Shown one piece after another: positions 1 to 15,027 of a stretch of 64,000 bases of DNA (position 1 is the first letter of the stretch; each line of letters starts with the position of its first letter). Position numbers and translations under genes: made by a program. The notes beneath the pieces were generated by a model. It worked only from the letters and a program-made list of their open reading frames with translations, was not told the DNA's origin and made no database searches. Origin of the DNA: Chrysomallon squamiferum (taxonomy: Eukaryota > Animalia > Mollusca); contig CM022675.1 in the NCBI GenBank assembly GCA_012295275.1, forward strand, positions 11,098,001 to 11,162,000, read 5' to 3'.

Positions 1-126
1 TTACAATGAACTGTAGCGGACTTTCTATGGGTCTAAAAAAAAAAAAAAAAATATATAAGAAAATGAAAAACGGTATTAGCCTATTAGTCTTCAGTAACTT
101 TGAATGCATATGTTTGTGTGTGTATA

Positions 127-181
<55 letters not shown>

Positions 182-586
182 GATAATGATTAAATTGAGA
201 TGAAAAGGTAAAATTATACACGAAGTAATGGTGGTGGCAGTAATAGCCGCAGTAGTAGTAGTAGAAACTAAGTAAGTAAAAAAAAAAATATATAAATTAA
301 TTAAATATTAAAATAAATATAAATTATAAATATAATGATTAGAACAATTCATATTTATTTATTTATTTATATTTTCTTAAATTCACATATATATATATAT
401 AAATTACTTTTGCCATTACACGTATGTTCATATATACTTACGTTTTCAATAAGCACCAAATAAATTCACAGTATATTTTACAACCTTGTTATTGCTTATT
501 TTTGTCACATTTATTTGATAATAATTGCTTTTCCTGTACTTTCCATTACAGTCACGTGTTCTTTCATCCGTTTTTTGATGCATATC

Positions 587-642
<56 letters not shown>

Positions 643-947
643 CAGTTTCCTACACCTCATAAACAAGGTACTAATTAAATACCTGTATTTTATCCACCTT
701 ACTATCAAATTCGCTCTCTTTTGATGTCAGTATCCAAACACGGTTAATTAGGTTGTTCTACTCATTATGTGGAAATTAATGTTCTGTCCACTGATACAAA
801 TATAAAAAAAAAATAACAGAAGTGAACAATGAACGTTTGTTGCTTCCATTAATACAGTTTTAATTGCCAATATTGGATCACTGATGTACATAATATGATA
901 ATATACTTTTACACTAGTTCATTGTCATAATGGCTGTGTCGAAATGA

Positions 948-1060
<113 letters not shown>

Positions 1061-1539
1061 TTATTTATTTATTTTTTATTATTATTATTTTTATTATTAT
1101 TATTAATTAAAGTTAATTAGAATTTAAAAAAAATGTTTCCAGGTAATTAAATGAAAAACATAATGAATGGTGACTGGTTGGTGATGCAACAAAGAAAGAA
1201 CCCAATAAAACTAATGACGATATTTTGTTAATTGACATTTTATTAACAAACCCACTTTTTCTTCTATTTCAAATAATAACTGTAATAATAACAGTAAATA
1301 TATAAATAAAATTTTTTTTCGTTTTTATGACAAATACATTTTAATAATTCGTTCTGTCTGTGCGACAAAGAAACAGACAGACAAAGAGACAGACGGCCGG
1401 CCGGATTAATTTTGTTAGAGTATAATCATTTTTATTAGTTGCATAATAAACTTGGTTTTGAGGTACCGTTTAATTTTTGTCAGTGATAAAAACCTGTAAA
1501 AAAACATTTTAGTGTTTTAATTTTAGTGTTGATTTCAAC

Positions 1540-1645
<106 letters not shown>

Positions 1646-2513
1646 TTTCTTCTTCCTTATCTCCGTCTCCCTTTTTCTATCAACAGGATGTAAATGGTGT
1701 AAATCGCGCTGAAGAAATCTGCTCTAATTAGCCCTTATCCAGAAGACCTTCGCTTCACCTCATATTTCATAAACACCTAAGTCTCTAAATGATACGGGCG
1801 TTGACGTCGATTTCGGGGCCTTTAGTTAACTGCTCTTCTTTGGACGGCTTCCATCGTCTTTGAAACGACAACTGTTTCCTGGTTAACTAACTCTCTAAGC
1901 CGAAGGGATACACCCGTCTAAGCTAGGAACCTTTTTTTTTTCCCTGGTAACGAGCACAAACCGAGCACCCCGATATAACCAATCTGACCGCATGCGATCA
2001 TTCCCTTCTCGTTTCAAACAAGTCGCTCAAGTGTAGGGACATTTAGCGCATTTTTTTGTATTCAGCTCATGACGCGGGCGCATTCTTTGATCTTTGCAGA
2101 TAATTGCCCGTACGCGGTGCCTTTGTAGTGTCAGGAGAGCTGGCGAAAACCTAGAGACAAATTGCCGTCCGGGAATTTCATATAGAATATCGATGTTTGA
2201 TTTCCAGTCGTTATTGGCTCCGCTCGATTAGAGTCCTTTCGGGGTGGATGGGAAAACGGGGTATTGGTGGTGGTGGGCGAATGAATGAGATCGTTGGGTT
2301 CCAGGGTTTGTTTTTATTCAAAAGTTTCTGAAGAGAAGTCGTGTTTGTCCGATAAGGCTTAATGGTCCATAATGAACGGTTAAAAGAAAATTAACGTTGC
2401 TAATGATGCGAGGGTTGTATTTGAGTTAATCCCATTTATTCGGGACTGTGGGAGGATTACGGGTAAAGATACTTCAGATGTTATGTAACTGTAGTTAGAA
2501 AAGAATTTTTTGT

Positions 2514-2589
<76 letters not shown>

Positions 2590-3464
2590 GAGGGGGGAGG
2601 GAGAGAGAGAGTTATTAAGCATGATAATTAAATGGAAATTTTTATAAGAAAGATACAAATAAGAAGACAAAATCTTTAAGATAAATAAACAAACAAACAA
2701 TCAATTAATAAATAACAAACAAATAAATAAAAATAATTAAACACAGGCTAAAAACAAAATATGCATAATACTTTTCAGACACTACGAAGATAAATAAATA
2801 CAAGCAACAAAAGAAAGAAAGAAATACGACAACAAACAACAAACAACAAAAACGTCACGCTAATTACGATCGTAACACTTCGTTCATTTTCGCTTTAAAC
2901 GAGCTTGCGTAAACTGGCGCCCTAGTCTTTTGTGATGCGATGCACCGGTCGTACGTCATTGCGCAACAGTAAGTCAGTGTTTGATCGTAAGCGACCCGTA
3001 AAAGTGGGCGAAAGAGAACCGCTTACAGTCGCAATCGAAACCGTAAGTTAAACAGACAGACAAATAAAGATCGATAGATGCATGGATAACAGGTAAGCGA
3101 AAAGTGGTATGTGTAATACGAAGGTAGTAAGTTACATGGATTTAAGCAGTTAATACCGTTAGCTTAAGTTGCTATGATACTTATCCTCAAATTTCTCACC
3201 GGAAAATCTTTATGGTTTCCCGTTTTAGATTACTACGGTAATTTGGAATATTGGATTTGAGCTGGTAGCAACATAAGCACATGTACTATTTTTTGTTGTT
3301 GCTGTAGCAGTTTCAGTAATTGTTTGAGTTGTTGCAGTCAGATACGAATTAGAACGTAAAAGATGCATTTTTGAAGGAGTGAAAAAAGTAACAGGCAAAA
3401 GAAAAACTACAAAACAGTAACAGAAGTAAAAATGCAGATATACAATGACTACATAACTAACTGA

Positions 3465-3690
3465 ATCAGTATCACACAATGAATATAAAATAGTAACACA
3501 CTCAGTATATGACAATAACACTTATTATATAACAGTTAATATGCAATAGTAACACAGTCGATATATAACTGTAAGACAGTCAGTATATAACAATAACACT
3601 ATTATTATATAACAATAACTGACTCAGTATATATTACAGTAACAGTCATTACATAACAGTAACCCAGTCAGTATGTAACAATAACAGGAG
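3465..3690. repeat. Degenerate minisatellite (cagtatataacaataacac-like units)
   Basis: Several imperfect copies of a ~20-25 bp unit. Confidence 0.6.
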
Positions 3691-4479
3691 TATAAAAGCA
3701 GAAATATTAGCACAAAGAATATGTAACAACTTTGATAATGAATGATTATAAAAGCAGAGTAAAAACGGTAACATAATCATTACAACAACATTAATAGAAT
3801 CAGCTTAAATCTGCAATAAAACAGAAATGGTATAAAAGAAACTGTATTAAAAAAAAGTACTAAGTAAAGCAGTGTTAGGAACAACACGAAAACAGTGACA
3901 GAAACAAAACAATGCTGTTTTGCGAAACACACGTGTAAAAGGTCATGTGTTCTGGTGTCAAAAATTATCGTCTTTTAGCGTTACGACTTCCCACTCATCA
4001 TCATTGCCTTTCACCAGGCCTCAGCATCACCGTCATCATCGTTATTAAAAATCATCATTATCGCCATCATTAAGTTTATTAAATTTTAAAATTTTACTGA
4101 TTAGAAAGTTTGAATTTTACGGAATTAACAAAACAACAGAAACTGGACATATGGTCACACAGCGTTTTGCTCTGCACCATAGATTCAATTAAAATCCTTT
4201 AAGCGGCTCGTATTATTAGCAGCATCTCATTTTTCCAATAAAGCATCACCTGTTTGGAATAAATCACGCACGGTGTGTCGTTTGTTTCGAGGATTTATAA
4301 AGATCACGCGTGGGTACTTTGACATGCACGACAATTGGTCACAGCGGTAATACGTGGATAAAAAGCAGAATAATCGGTCGCGCGGGATTCTGTCGTAATT
4401 TATGTTTCGTTTTTTTCCCTCGTAAGTTCATTCTTTTCTCTTATTTTTTTTTTTCTCTTTTTCGACTTTACTTTTTTCT

Positions 4480-4517
<38 letters not shown>

Positions 4518-4934
4518 CTTTCCTTTTTCTTCTGGCTTTTCAACTGAAGAACAAACCAAGGGTTAATGATGTGAAGAGACCCTCATTTTCCGACAGCGAC
4601 CTGAATTCGATCTCGCCCATATTTCAAGGCAGCACGGTTGAAAGCTTTTCGCTGGTTTTTCTGTTGAGGATTTCGCTTTGAGGTGTTCCCGTTTATGGCC
4701 CCCACATATTCCGGGGCAATAAAACATAAGTTCAAACATTGCGTTAGCTAATAATTACTTCCGAACTGCTTTCTTTTGTTGAAATGAGAGCTGGCGTAGC
4801 TATTCTCTCAGAAAAGGCCGATGTAGTTATTCGCGAAGAAAAGACTGATGCTGTTAAAAGATGTTATGTTCTGATGGCAAGTTATGTCTGTGTTCTCGGT
4901 AACTTTCTCTTTGATTGTGTGTGTGTGTGTGTGT

Positions 4935-5047
<113 letters not shown>

Positions 5048-5076
5048 GTTCTGTTTTCTTGCTCTCTTATCGTATA

Positions 5077-5107
<31 letters not shown>

Positions 5108-5930
5108 TATTATTATTATTATTATTATTATTTTTTATTAATCTGCTTTATTTTAATTTATTTTATTTTATTTTATTTCATTTCATTTCATTTTTTTTAT
5201 ATCTATTTACTAATAGTCTTCTTTTTTGTCTGAATGACTTTTTTTTTTTTTTTTTTTACTTATTTTTATTTTATTTTATTTTATTTATGTTTTAGCTTTC
5301 ATTTTTTTTTTAAATGATTTTTTCCCTCATATGTCAATAAACTTGTACAACTATAAATTTATTTTTGTTCAATTATCAGAAGAGAATATCCTGTAAAGTA
5401 ATGAAAGCAAATAGTTTCACATTATTTCCATTAACTAAATAATGAATACTAAAACACTTTTTATCATTTCCTTTAATGCCCCTAAATTAAATATTTATGA
5501 AGTGAATTATCAAGTAATTTGTAAACATTAAAAAAAAAAAAAAAAAACAATAAAATAAAATAAAATACAAAATGTATAACTATAATAGTAAGAAGAAGAA
5601 GAAGAAGAGGAACAACAATAATATAAACACCAAAAAAATAAATAAATAAAAGATAATTTAAAAGGAAAGAAAGAAAGAAAAAGAAAAGAAATAAAAAACG
5701 TAATAACAAGAAGAAGAAGATCAAGAAGAAGAAGAAGAAGAAAAGAAGAAGCACAAGAAGAAGAAAAAGAAGAACAAGAAGAAGAAGAAGAAGAAAAGAA
5801 GAAGCACAAGAAGAAGAAAAAGAAGAACAAGAACAAGAAGAAGAAGAACAACAACAACAACAGCAACAACAAAATCAACAAATAAATAAACTTCCAGAAT
5901 GATAATTTAAAAGGAAACAACGAATACAAA

Positions 5931-6029
<99 letters not shown>

Positions 6030-6119
6030 TGGACGGGGGTACAAGACTACTTTTCTCCATCTTTGCTTTTGCTTCAGCTACTATTTCAACATCAAGTTCT
6101 CGTTCCTGAACGCGGCATT

Positions 6120-6320
6120 TCCTCTGACATCTTTAGTGCATATTTATTGACAATGACGAAGTGCCCGTGAGGTGGCGCTGTGACTGGTGTCTGAGAGATA
6201 ATCCGAGGCGGTATTTCTTGTCAACCCACCAAAAGCGACTGTCAATCATCTTCGCAACATAATTTCCTGATTGGTTGTCGTGCCACTGCTTAGACCTACC
6301 ACCATTGGTCAGCATGCAGT
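6120..6320 (-). promoter_or_regulatory. Promoter-like island: TALE decamer, tandem CCAAT boxes and CTCF-like motif
   Basis: Perfect TGATTGACAG on minus (6248-6239), CCAAT on minus at 6274-6270 and 6308-6304, CCGTGAGGTGGCGC on plus at 6165-6178. Confidence 0.45.
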
Positions 6321-7016
6321 CCTTGGGGTGTGGCCACGAACTGCGGTACCTGTGCTGAAGATACAGGTGAAAAAAAAAAAAAAAAAAAAAAGATGCTTGT
6401 TTTGGGTAGCCATGATGAATTGCAAGGAATTAGCCCAGGCGCCAGGCCAAGCGGAGTAACTGCAAATTAAATAATAAATCTCTTATGGGAAACACGTAAA
6501 CACTCATAGCAGACAGTCTTAAAGCGAATATTCTATTCATCGGCAAGAAAGTTAGACATCTGAAGCAATTACACCTCGTATTGGGTAACAGAAACTGTTT
6601 GTTAATTTAATGCTCGAAAATTATTCTGTTACACGTCATTTTTTTCATTTTCTATTTTTTTTTTTTTCTCTCACTATATCGTTTTTTTTCTTGTTGTTGC
6701 TTTTTTTTTGGTTCTTGTTTCTTTTCCTTTTTTCCACTCTCTCCTTTTTTTTTTTTTTTTTTTTTTTTTTTTCTCTCATTTTTTTTTTTTCTTTCTTAGT
6801 TCTTCTTTCAAAATAAGGAGTTACCTTTCTAGGTGTATGAGTGTACTGTTCTTTGCTTATAATTATTTATATATACACATACGTATACGAGTGTGTATTT
6901 TGGTAAATGTGTCTTTATGTTCATGTTTATGCCTGACAAATAATAATAATAATAATAAAATAAATAATTAAATAAATAAATAAGAGAAAAAAAAAGAAGA
7001 AAAAACAACAACAAAC

Positions 7017-7053
<37 letters not shown>

Positions 7054-8477
7054 AAATGCCAACAAAACAAAAAGAAACGAAAAAATCGTAATTGTCCCGA
7101 TTTCAAACCGGGCTGATCCGGACTGTGAATGGTTACAGACGAACTCAGTGTTCAGCTGATCTGTGTCACGTGCATGGACGACAAGTCAAGATATAAACAC
7201 ACAAACGAAAGAAGCAGGAAAAAAAAAAAAAAAAAAAGATTACAAACATTATCCATTTATAACTCACAGTATCTACTGCACAGTATCTAGGCAAAGAACT
7301 TCGAATCGATCACCATAATTGATCACCGAAGAGTAAAAAAAAAAAAATTTTAAAAAAAAAAAAAAAGAAAAAAAAAAGACATGGAAGAAAAAGATCAAAA
7401 ACACCGCGGTTGGTTCTACCTTAATCCTCTGAATGGAGGAGGAAGTTGTCAAGATCTCGGAGGCAGAATCGATTAGGACTATCGCTAAGCAGAGATTACA
7501 CGCAGGCATTAGGGGAAGAACGGACTTCAAAGGAAAACCCGAAGAATGAAATATTGCCGCGGCTGTTAAAGAACACACGTAAGCGTTGTTGGGCAATGGA
7601 AGGATTTGTGGGGAGATTTTTGAAAAAAAAAAAAAAAAAAAAATGGGCGTCCTTTTTGGTGTTTCTTGTCTGCTGCTGTTGTTGTTGTTGTTGTCGTTTT
7701 GTGGGGGAGGAAAAAGCGAGTCTTTTTTTTTTAATCTTTCTTTTGACGACAGGTACAAGAAAGGCGTGCGTGTCGTTTGTCTTCGCTGTGTAATGTGACA
7801 GAAAACAGACAAATACTCGCGGAGGTAATGAGTCGGGTAGACGATGCCTCGTTCCCGTCTCAAAGGTTTCTTCTGGCCCTCTGCTCAAAGCAGCGAGGAT
7901 TTAGTTGTAGGACATAATGGGAGGGCAACCGAGAGCTGGTCAGAAGAAAACCAACAACAAGAAGTTAAAGAAAAAGGAGTGAAAGAGACTAAAAAAAAAC
8001 AGAATAAAGAAATAAAGAAAGAAAGAAAGAAGGGAGAAACAAGATGAAGAAGAAAAAGAAAAGAAGAATGAGAAGGGAAAATCAAAAATAAAGTGGAAAG
8101 AGAGTGGAAGAAGAAACCTGAAGAAGAAAAATAAGAAAAAGAGAATTAAAAAAGATAAAAATAAAGAATAAGAAAAAGACAAGAATAAAGGTTAAATAAG
8201 AAAAGAACTGAAAAAGAAGGAAAATTATGATGATCAGTTGTGACGAAGAAAGAAAGAAGAATAAAAAAGAAATGAAAGAAAGAAAGAAGACAAGATATTA
8301 GATACCTAGAGAAGGATCAGTCGCGGTCTGTCGCAGTTTATGCAGTTAAGAACAGTACGTTCCAGGATCGAAATATGATACACGAACAGATACAACTTTA
8401 TTACAGTAACCTTCATTAACCAATGTCTGACAAGAACAGATAACAATAACAACAACATCAATGATGATGATAATAAA

Positions 8478-8533
<56 letters not shown>

Positions 8534-9093
8534 GAACAATAATACCAACAACAATAACAACGACAGCAGCAGCAACAACAACAACAACAACAACAACAAT
8601 AATAATAATATTAATAAAAAAAAAATGTTGAATACAGTCAACAAATTTGAAAATCTCAATAAAGAAACTAAATTTAAACAGTAGGTGATGACAATTTACA
8701 AAATAACTTAATTAATAGTAAGGACAATAATAACAACAACAATAACAGCAAAAACAGGAACACCAACACCAACAACAATAACAACAACAACAACAATAAT
8801 AATAATAATAACAACAAGAAAATTATTAAGAACAATTTCCATCTTATTTCGTATTAACCATAACGATATATTGAAGGTTTATTTTATTTTTTATTTTTTA
8901 TTTTTTTTTTATTTGTTTAAATTATTATTTTTTTAAAAATTTTTTTAGAGCGATATATATCTTGCACTTTAGACTTTACACGTGACTGCACGTACTTTAG
9001 TATTTATTTTAGGCTCAATGTTTTAGCTAGCGTGCATTCAAGTTCTTACATTATGACATTGCATGCAGCTGCACCCGGCATGAAGGAAACAAA

Positions 9094-9151
<58 letters not shown>

Positions 9152-9294
9152 GCCAAACGGAAATGAGTTAATATCAAGTTTCCACCGACGTATTAATAGC
9201 TATTTAATTTATGTTTGTTTCAATTGTGTTCGTGTTTTTAAAAAGGATTCACTCAGAATCTACGATATCCGAAACGAAGAACGGCAAGGGAAAC

Positions 9295-9400
9295 TCCTCG
9301 GTAAATCACTCCGACGTGACGTCCATAAATCTGTCAGTGACGTCGTGCATCGCGCGTGCGTCGTAGTAAATCGATACAGCGAGATGGCATCAAATCACTT
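9295..9400 (-). promoter_or_regulatory. Candidate Meis/Pbx/Hox composite enhancer
   Basis: Minus-strand TGACAGATTTATGG (9336-9323) and TGATTTAC (9308-9301) in a CpG-rich unique island. Confidence 0.35.
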
Positions 9401-9604
9401 GTGACATTCTGAATGGCGGGTGATGCGTACGCGATATTTACGATAATGTGTTCACCTTTATTTACTTTTCCGAGTACCAGCCTCGCTCGCTCGCTTTTCC
9501 GATGATTCCGTGTTGACACAGACGTTTCAATGGTACAACCATCGACTGAATGTATAGCTGTAGCACATTTTCACGAACTTGCAGGAACACACAAACACAC
9601 AGAT

Positions 9605-9713
<109 letters not shown>

Positions 9714-10020
9714 GTGCATGTATGAAAATAAAAGTGTGAAGGCTCAAAAAGGAATATAAATACCGTAAACCAAATTGAAAACCCATCGCACATAAATACA
9801 TACAAAATATATATTCACATATGAGCTTACATAAACCTGTATACTGTACGCTTACCGTAATTTCACTTCGTGAATATCTTCCTTCGGCGATATTATTAAT
9901 GACGTCATAACAATGATTTGACTTCATTCAGACAACAAAAACAACAACAACAACGACGACAATAATATTAGTAATAAAAAAAGAATAAAAGTAGTTCCAC
10001 ATGTTATAGAATTAGATTGT

Positions 10021-10055
<35 letters not shown>

Positions 10056-10299
10056 TAAATACGGTCAAGATTCAAAGTTTCAGGCATTGTACAAATCTAA
10101 TTTAATATAATTTATAATTTAAAAACAATTATGACCATCGTGTTCAATTCTACATCCATTATGAATAACAGAAAAATAGTATTACATAGACATTTTTTTT
10201 CATTGTCTCTGAGAAAAGCAATGACTTCACAAGTATGATGGCTCCAAATAAGAAACCATCGTTCGTCAATATGGACAAACATGACTGGTAGAACCTGTT

Positions 10300-10700
10300 T
10301 GTCAACCAGAACCATCTTCGTTTCAACAAACCACCAAGAAGTTTCGAACCAAGAGACTGAAAAACGAAGAAGTTCTGAAGATGTCAACAATCACTCGCCA
10401 CTGTCGACATATACGACTGCAAGAACTTGCTTGCCGACACTACTGACTTGGGTAGAACAAACCACCATCACGATTTGAACCAAGAGACCCACAGTCAGGA
10501 ATATTATCATCAAAACTAATCACTCTAACAAAATCAAATATGACTCGAAGAAGTTACCAAGGCGACCATCTTGAATATAACCAGAACCAGCAGGATTCGA
10601 AAACAAGACACCGACGGGTAGAGAAATTACCAACTGGACCAAATCTTGAACGTGGCAACCAACCTACAGGATTCGAACCAAGAGACCGACAGACGCAGAC
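10300..10700. repeat. Degenerate tandem array of 4 units carrying B-box-like GGTTCGAATCC on minus
   Basis: Recurrent (gga)ttcgaaccaagagac at about 10341, 10472, 10593 and 10669, with shared acaaaccacca / atcttgaa upstream. Confidence 0.6.
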
Positions 10701-11147
10701 ATTCTCGTAATGCCAGCGAGGTCAAGATGTTCAGTACGGAATGAACTGTATTCACGTGGGGAAGAAAGAGAAGATGGTCTATAATTAAAGATGCATGTAG
10801 TAAATCTTCATCGTATGGTCAGCAGATGAAGAAGCGGCTGAAGTCTGCAGACTGTGATTCTATTGATTTCTACAGGGGATAGATAATAAGATTGGCTTTC
10901 GCTACTCTCTGAAGGAAAACATCATGGTCTGGCTGGTTATGGTTGTCTACATGGTCTCAGTCTGAGAATGAAAAGATTTCTGGGGTCTTGCGTTGACATG
11001 AAACATAAATGTAATGGCTACGTCTGGAGATCACAAATTTCCAATTCTGAAGGTCTGCGTCTGACGTTTGGTTTCTGTATGTTTTTCATGGCCGTACAGG
11101 AGAAAGTAGGAGTACGTAATGAAATGAAATATGTAGTTTGAGAAGAG

Positions 11148-11247
<100 letters not shown>

Positions 11248-12911
11248 AAGAGAAGGTATAAAAAGACAGATGAAAAAGAGAATCGGAAGGATGATACGAC
11301 AGAAGATATTATTTTAATTATGTGAACAACAAAAATCTTTGTATTTGGAATTAATAATAGAATTACACGTCAAAGTGTAAAAGCTCGAAATTTCCTTTAG
11401 TTTCAGTTTTAAGATATTTAGTTTGAGACATATGTTTTTAATTAATTCATTTTTTATTTTTTATATTTTGTTTACTTCTATGCTGTATACTTTATATCGG
11501 GATCATATTCAAAACTAAAGAAAAATTGATAAGTGAGTATTTAAATCTTAATCATTTAGGATTCCATAATTACGTTGTATCTATATATGTGATAAACATT
11601 AAAGAAATAATTAAATAGATGAAATAATAATAATAACAACTAATAAAAAGAGCGAAAAAACAAAATAATTATGCGAATATTTAAAAAAATATATAATAGT
11701 AATAATAGGAATAATAATAATAAACAAAAAAAAAAAACGAAACAAAACAAAAAACAAAACGAGAAATAAAAGAAGAAAATGAAATATAATAAGAAAACAA
11801 AACAGAGCCAAATAAAGAGAATAAGGAACGAATGAACAAAAAAATAGGGCCTAGAATCATCAGAAATTAGGTTTGAAAAAAAAAAAAAAAAAAAAAAAAC
11901 TGCAACAGAAAAGAACAAAACATGACCAATCTTTCGTTCGTTTTGGTTTTTACGGACCTAAAATTGCCGGTATCAGAACGCTTAACGCAGGTGGTCACTT
12001 CCAATAAACTTTACGAATGTGTCGACGACGAGGAGACCTGGCCTATTTAGTATCACGTACAGACCTCCTTGGAAGTCAACCCGAGACGCAGGTTTAGTCC
12101 GTCGAACACGATACCCATATCAGTTTTGGGAGGTCGCTCGGAAACCCCGTGAATAGCCACTACGACTTGAACGTTTTATGACCAAACAATTGCTTTGGTC
12201 CTTTATTGCAATCAGACTGTTTCTCCATAGATCATGAAGCTGGTCACTGCAATTACTGGACGGGCAAGTTTGGCATGAAACAGGATCTGGTCAAGATTTA
12301 CGGAAAACAGAACGGGAGGATCTGGTAGAAGTTAGTTAGCCAAGATCATTCTCAGAAATTTTTTACAAAAAAATAATAATATAAAAGGCGAAGAAGAACA
12401 ACCCACCAAAAAGGTGATTTAAAAGCCAAGACAATAACATGGGATTTACTGCCAAATGATCATAAACGATCGCAAACAAACGTGAAGAAGGCAAAGTGGT
12501 GGTTACTTTGCGAAGACCAGTTCAGATGATTTAAACTGATTGCTTAGATGATGCTATGCAAAGAGACACTGGACTTGCTGTATCTTGTTTTCTTCTTTAT
12601 TCTACTTCTCTTTCCCTTCTGTTACAGTCCTCCCCTTTTTGTGGGTTGAAAACATGAAGAGATGGGTGTTTTCTTCTTCTGACGATGCTTTGGTATCTAA
12701 TTAAGTCTTAGGTAACTTCAGACACGGTTCAAGACTGAAAACTGTTACGACTTTTTGCTAGAATAATACCAAAGTAAGATGCGTAAATTTTTAACTGAAT
12801 GAAATAGTTCCGTACATACTAATTTCGTATACAGTAACTCCAAAAGCTGTATGATAAAATAAAAACTCTAGTAGTAAAACAAAAAAAAGAAAATCATAAC
12901 AAATAGATGTT

Positions 12912-13425
12912 GTCTAAACAATTCAACAACATAATATCGCTTTTCCATATCTGTTTGTGAGTTTGTATATGTGTATGTGTATGTGTGTGCATACAGAAAA
13001 ATCATGTTTCCAATTTATTTGTGTTTGTCTGTTCTTTCTTTTTTCTTTACTTTCTTTCTTTCGTTCATTATTTACTTTCAGTAATATAAATTTTGCATAT
13101 AATTATATTACGGACTAAATAAATCATGCTAGTGTCACTTTTCATAACAAACCGACCAGATGCTTAACGCATTAAGCACGCTCATATAAAACAAATGACT
13201 TTCAATTTTACATAAATAAAACACCGAGAGATGAATGTATATCAATATTATAGCTTTCTCCCGAGAAATTCAAGGTTATTGGATCAATTCTCCTGGATGT
13301 GTCACAGCGATAATTTCCTATTTTAGCTTGTGTATGGAAGCCACAGTTTTGCTGTCTATGGGTAGGTGGACATAAAGATTGTTTATTGCTATATTGTAAG
13401 AATAGCCTTTACTGAGTCATGAGCT
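12912..13425 (+). repeat. Local direct duplication, copy 1 (~510 bp)
   Basis: Aligns with 15668-16227; the core 13100-13290 is nearly identical to about 15903-16093. Confidence 0.92.
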
Positions 13426-14007
13426 TACTGATAAAAAGAAATCGATGATTCGTTCATAAATTTACTAATTTTACATCTACTTTTACCACTACTACAACTA
13501 CTACTACTACTACTACAATTACAGCCGCAGCTACAGATGTTACTACTACTACTGCTGTTATTACTACAGCTACAGCTACTGCTACAGGTACTACTACTAC
13601 TACACTCACTATTATTATTGTTAGTAGTAGTAGTAGCCATTTTCGGTTCTGTTCTTATAAATTAACGCCCCCTATAGAGAAGAGTACATCAGTTGAAACA
13701 AGTCATATATCAAAGTGATGAATGTATGATGTGTTATAATAAATTCATTTTTTTGTCGTATCGTTTACGCTCAAAACAATTTAAATGCAACCATATATCA
13801 AAATTTAAAAAAAAAATATTAATATAAATAAGGTATAATATGAAAATATCGGATTTCTGACGTTGTTAATCTAGTAATATTTTACGAGTCTGCATTAAAA
13901 AAGAAATTTAAAATGAATAATTTGTGCAAATAACAAAATAAATCAGTAAATAATGAAACTGGAGAAAACTGTTTGTCTATCTGTCTAGTTAATCATCTAT
14001 CTATCTA

Positions 14008-14085
<78 letters not shown>

Positions 14086-14204
14086 AGAACGCACACATTT
14101 TATTTTTGTTATTTTTTAAAATGATTAAAGTGTTTCCAAAATGGTCTTTTCAAGATCTAAACGAGCAAATTAACACTAAAGAAATAACTCTATATCTATA
14201 TCTA

Positions 14205-14235
<31 letters not shown>

Positions 14236-14250
14236 ATATATATATATGTT

Positions 14251-14377
<127 letters not shown>

Positions 14378-14993
14378 GGAGAACACAAATGAGGAAATCA
14401 GACAAAGCAAAATAATGAAAACTAAACATTAAGAAAATAGAATACAAAAACAAATAATCCTACTTTCTTTCTTTTGAAGTGATTTTCAGAAACTTACGTT
14501 TTTGTTTTTCACACCTGTACACCAAATGAACCAACCCGCTTGTACGAAATCACTTTCAAAGCCAGGTGAGTTAAAGCTAAGTTACTATAAGCAATTCATT
14601 TGTACATTAAACTGGCACTGATTTATTATAAAATATGCCAAATCGCAGTTAAAACAGCATATCTCGGGTTGTTATGTGATCTGGTATAATTTTCAGTTTA
14701 TTACATTATTAAGTGCCAATAAGAGTAAAATGTTGGGGAAAAAAAAAAATATATATATATATTTCAGGTGAAATTTAAAAAAAAAAAAATGTCTTATTTA
14801 TTCATTTATAATTTTTAATTTGTTTTTAATCTTACTGTTTGATGGGTGTTTCCTTTTATTTATTTTTTCGATTTTCTTAATTTTGTTTTTTTGTTTTTTG
14901 GTTTATGTTTTTGTAATCATTAAGGTGTAAAGTTAGTAATAGGAGTATCCGAGACAGTAATAGTAAAAACTATATTGCTAGTAGCTGCACTTC

Positions 14994-15027
<34 letters not shown>

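Noticed and set aside
2445-2470. Minus-strand TTACCCGTAATCC resembling miR-100
   Set aside because: Similarity is short and there is no pre-miRNA hairpin.
7262-7900. Possible coding exon in the 7.3-7.9 kb island (GTGAGT donor at 7267-7262 on minus)
   Set aside because: ORFs run through homopolymers and resemble no protein; a non-coding exon cannot be supported from sequence alone.
10300-10700. CRISPR-like or tRNA-gene reading of the spaced repeats
   Set aside because: Eukaryotic context, degenerate repeats with irregular spacing, no cas genes and no cloverleaf.
10855-10885. Minus-strand ATCCCCTGTAGAAATC resembling miR-10
   Set aside because: Seed mismatch and no complementary arm.
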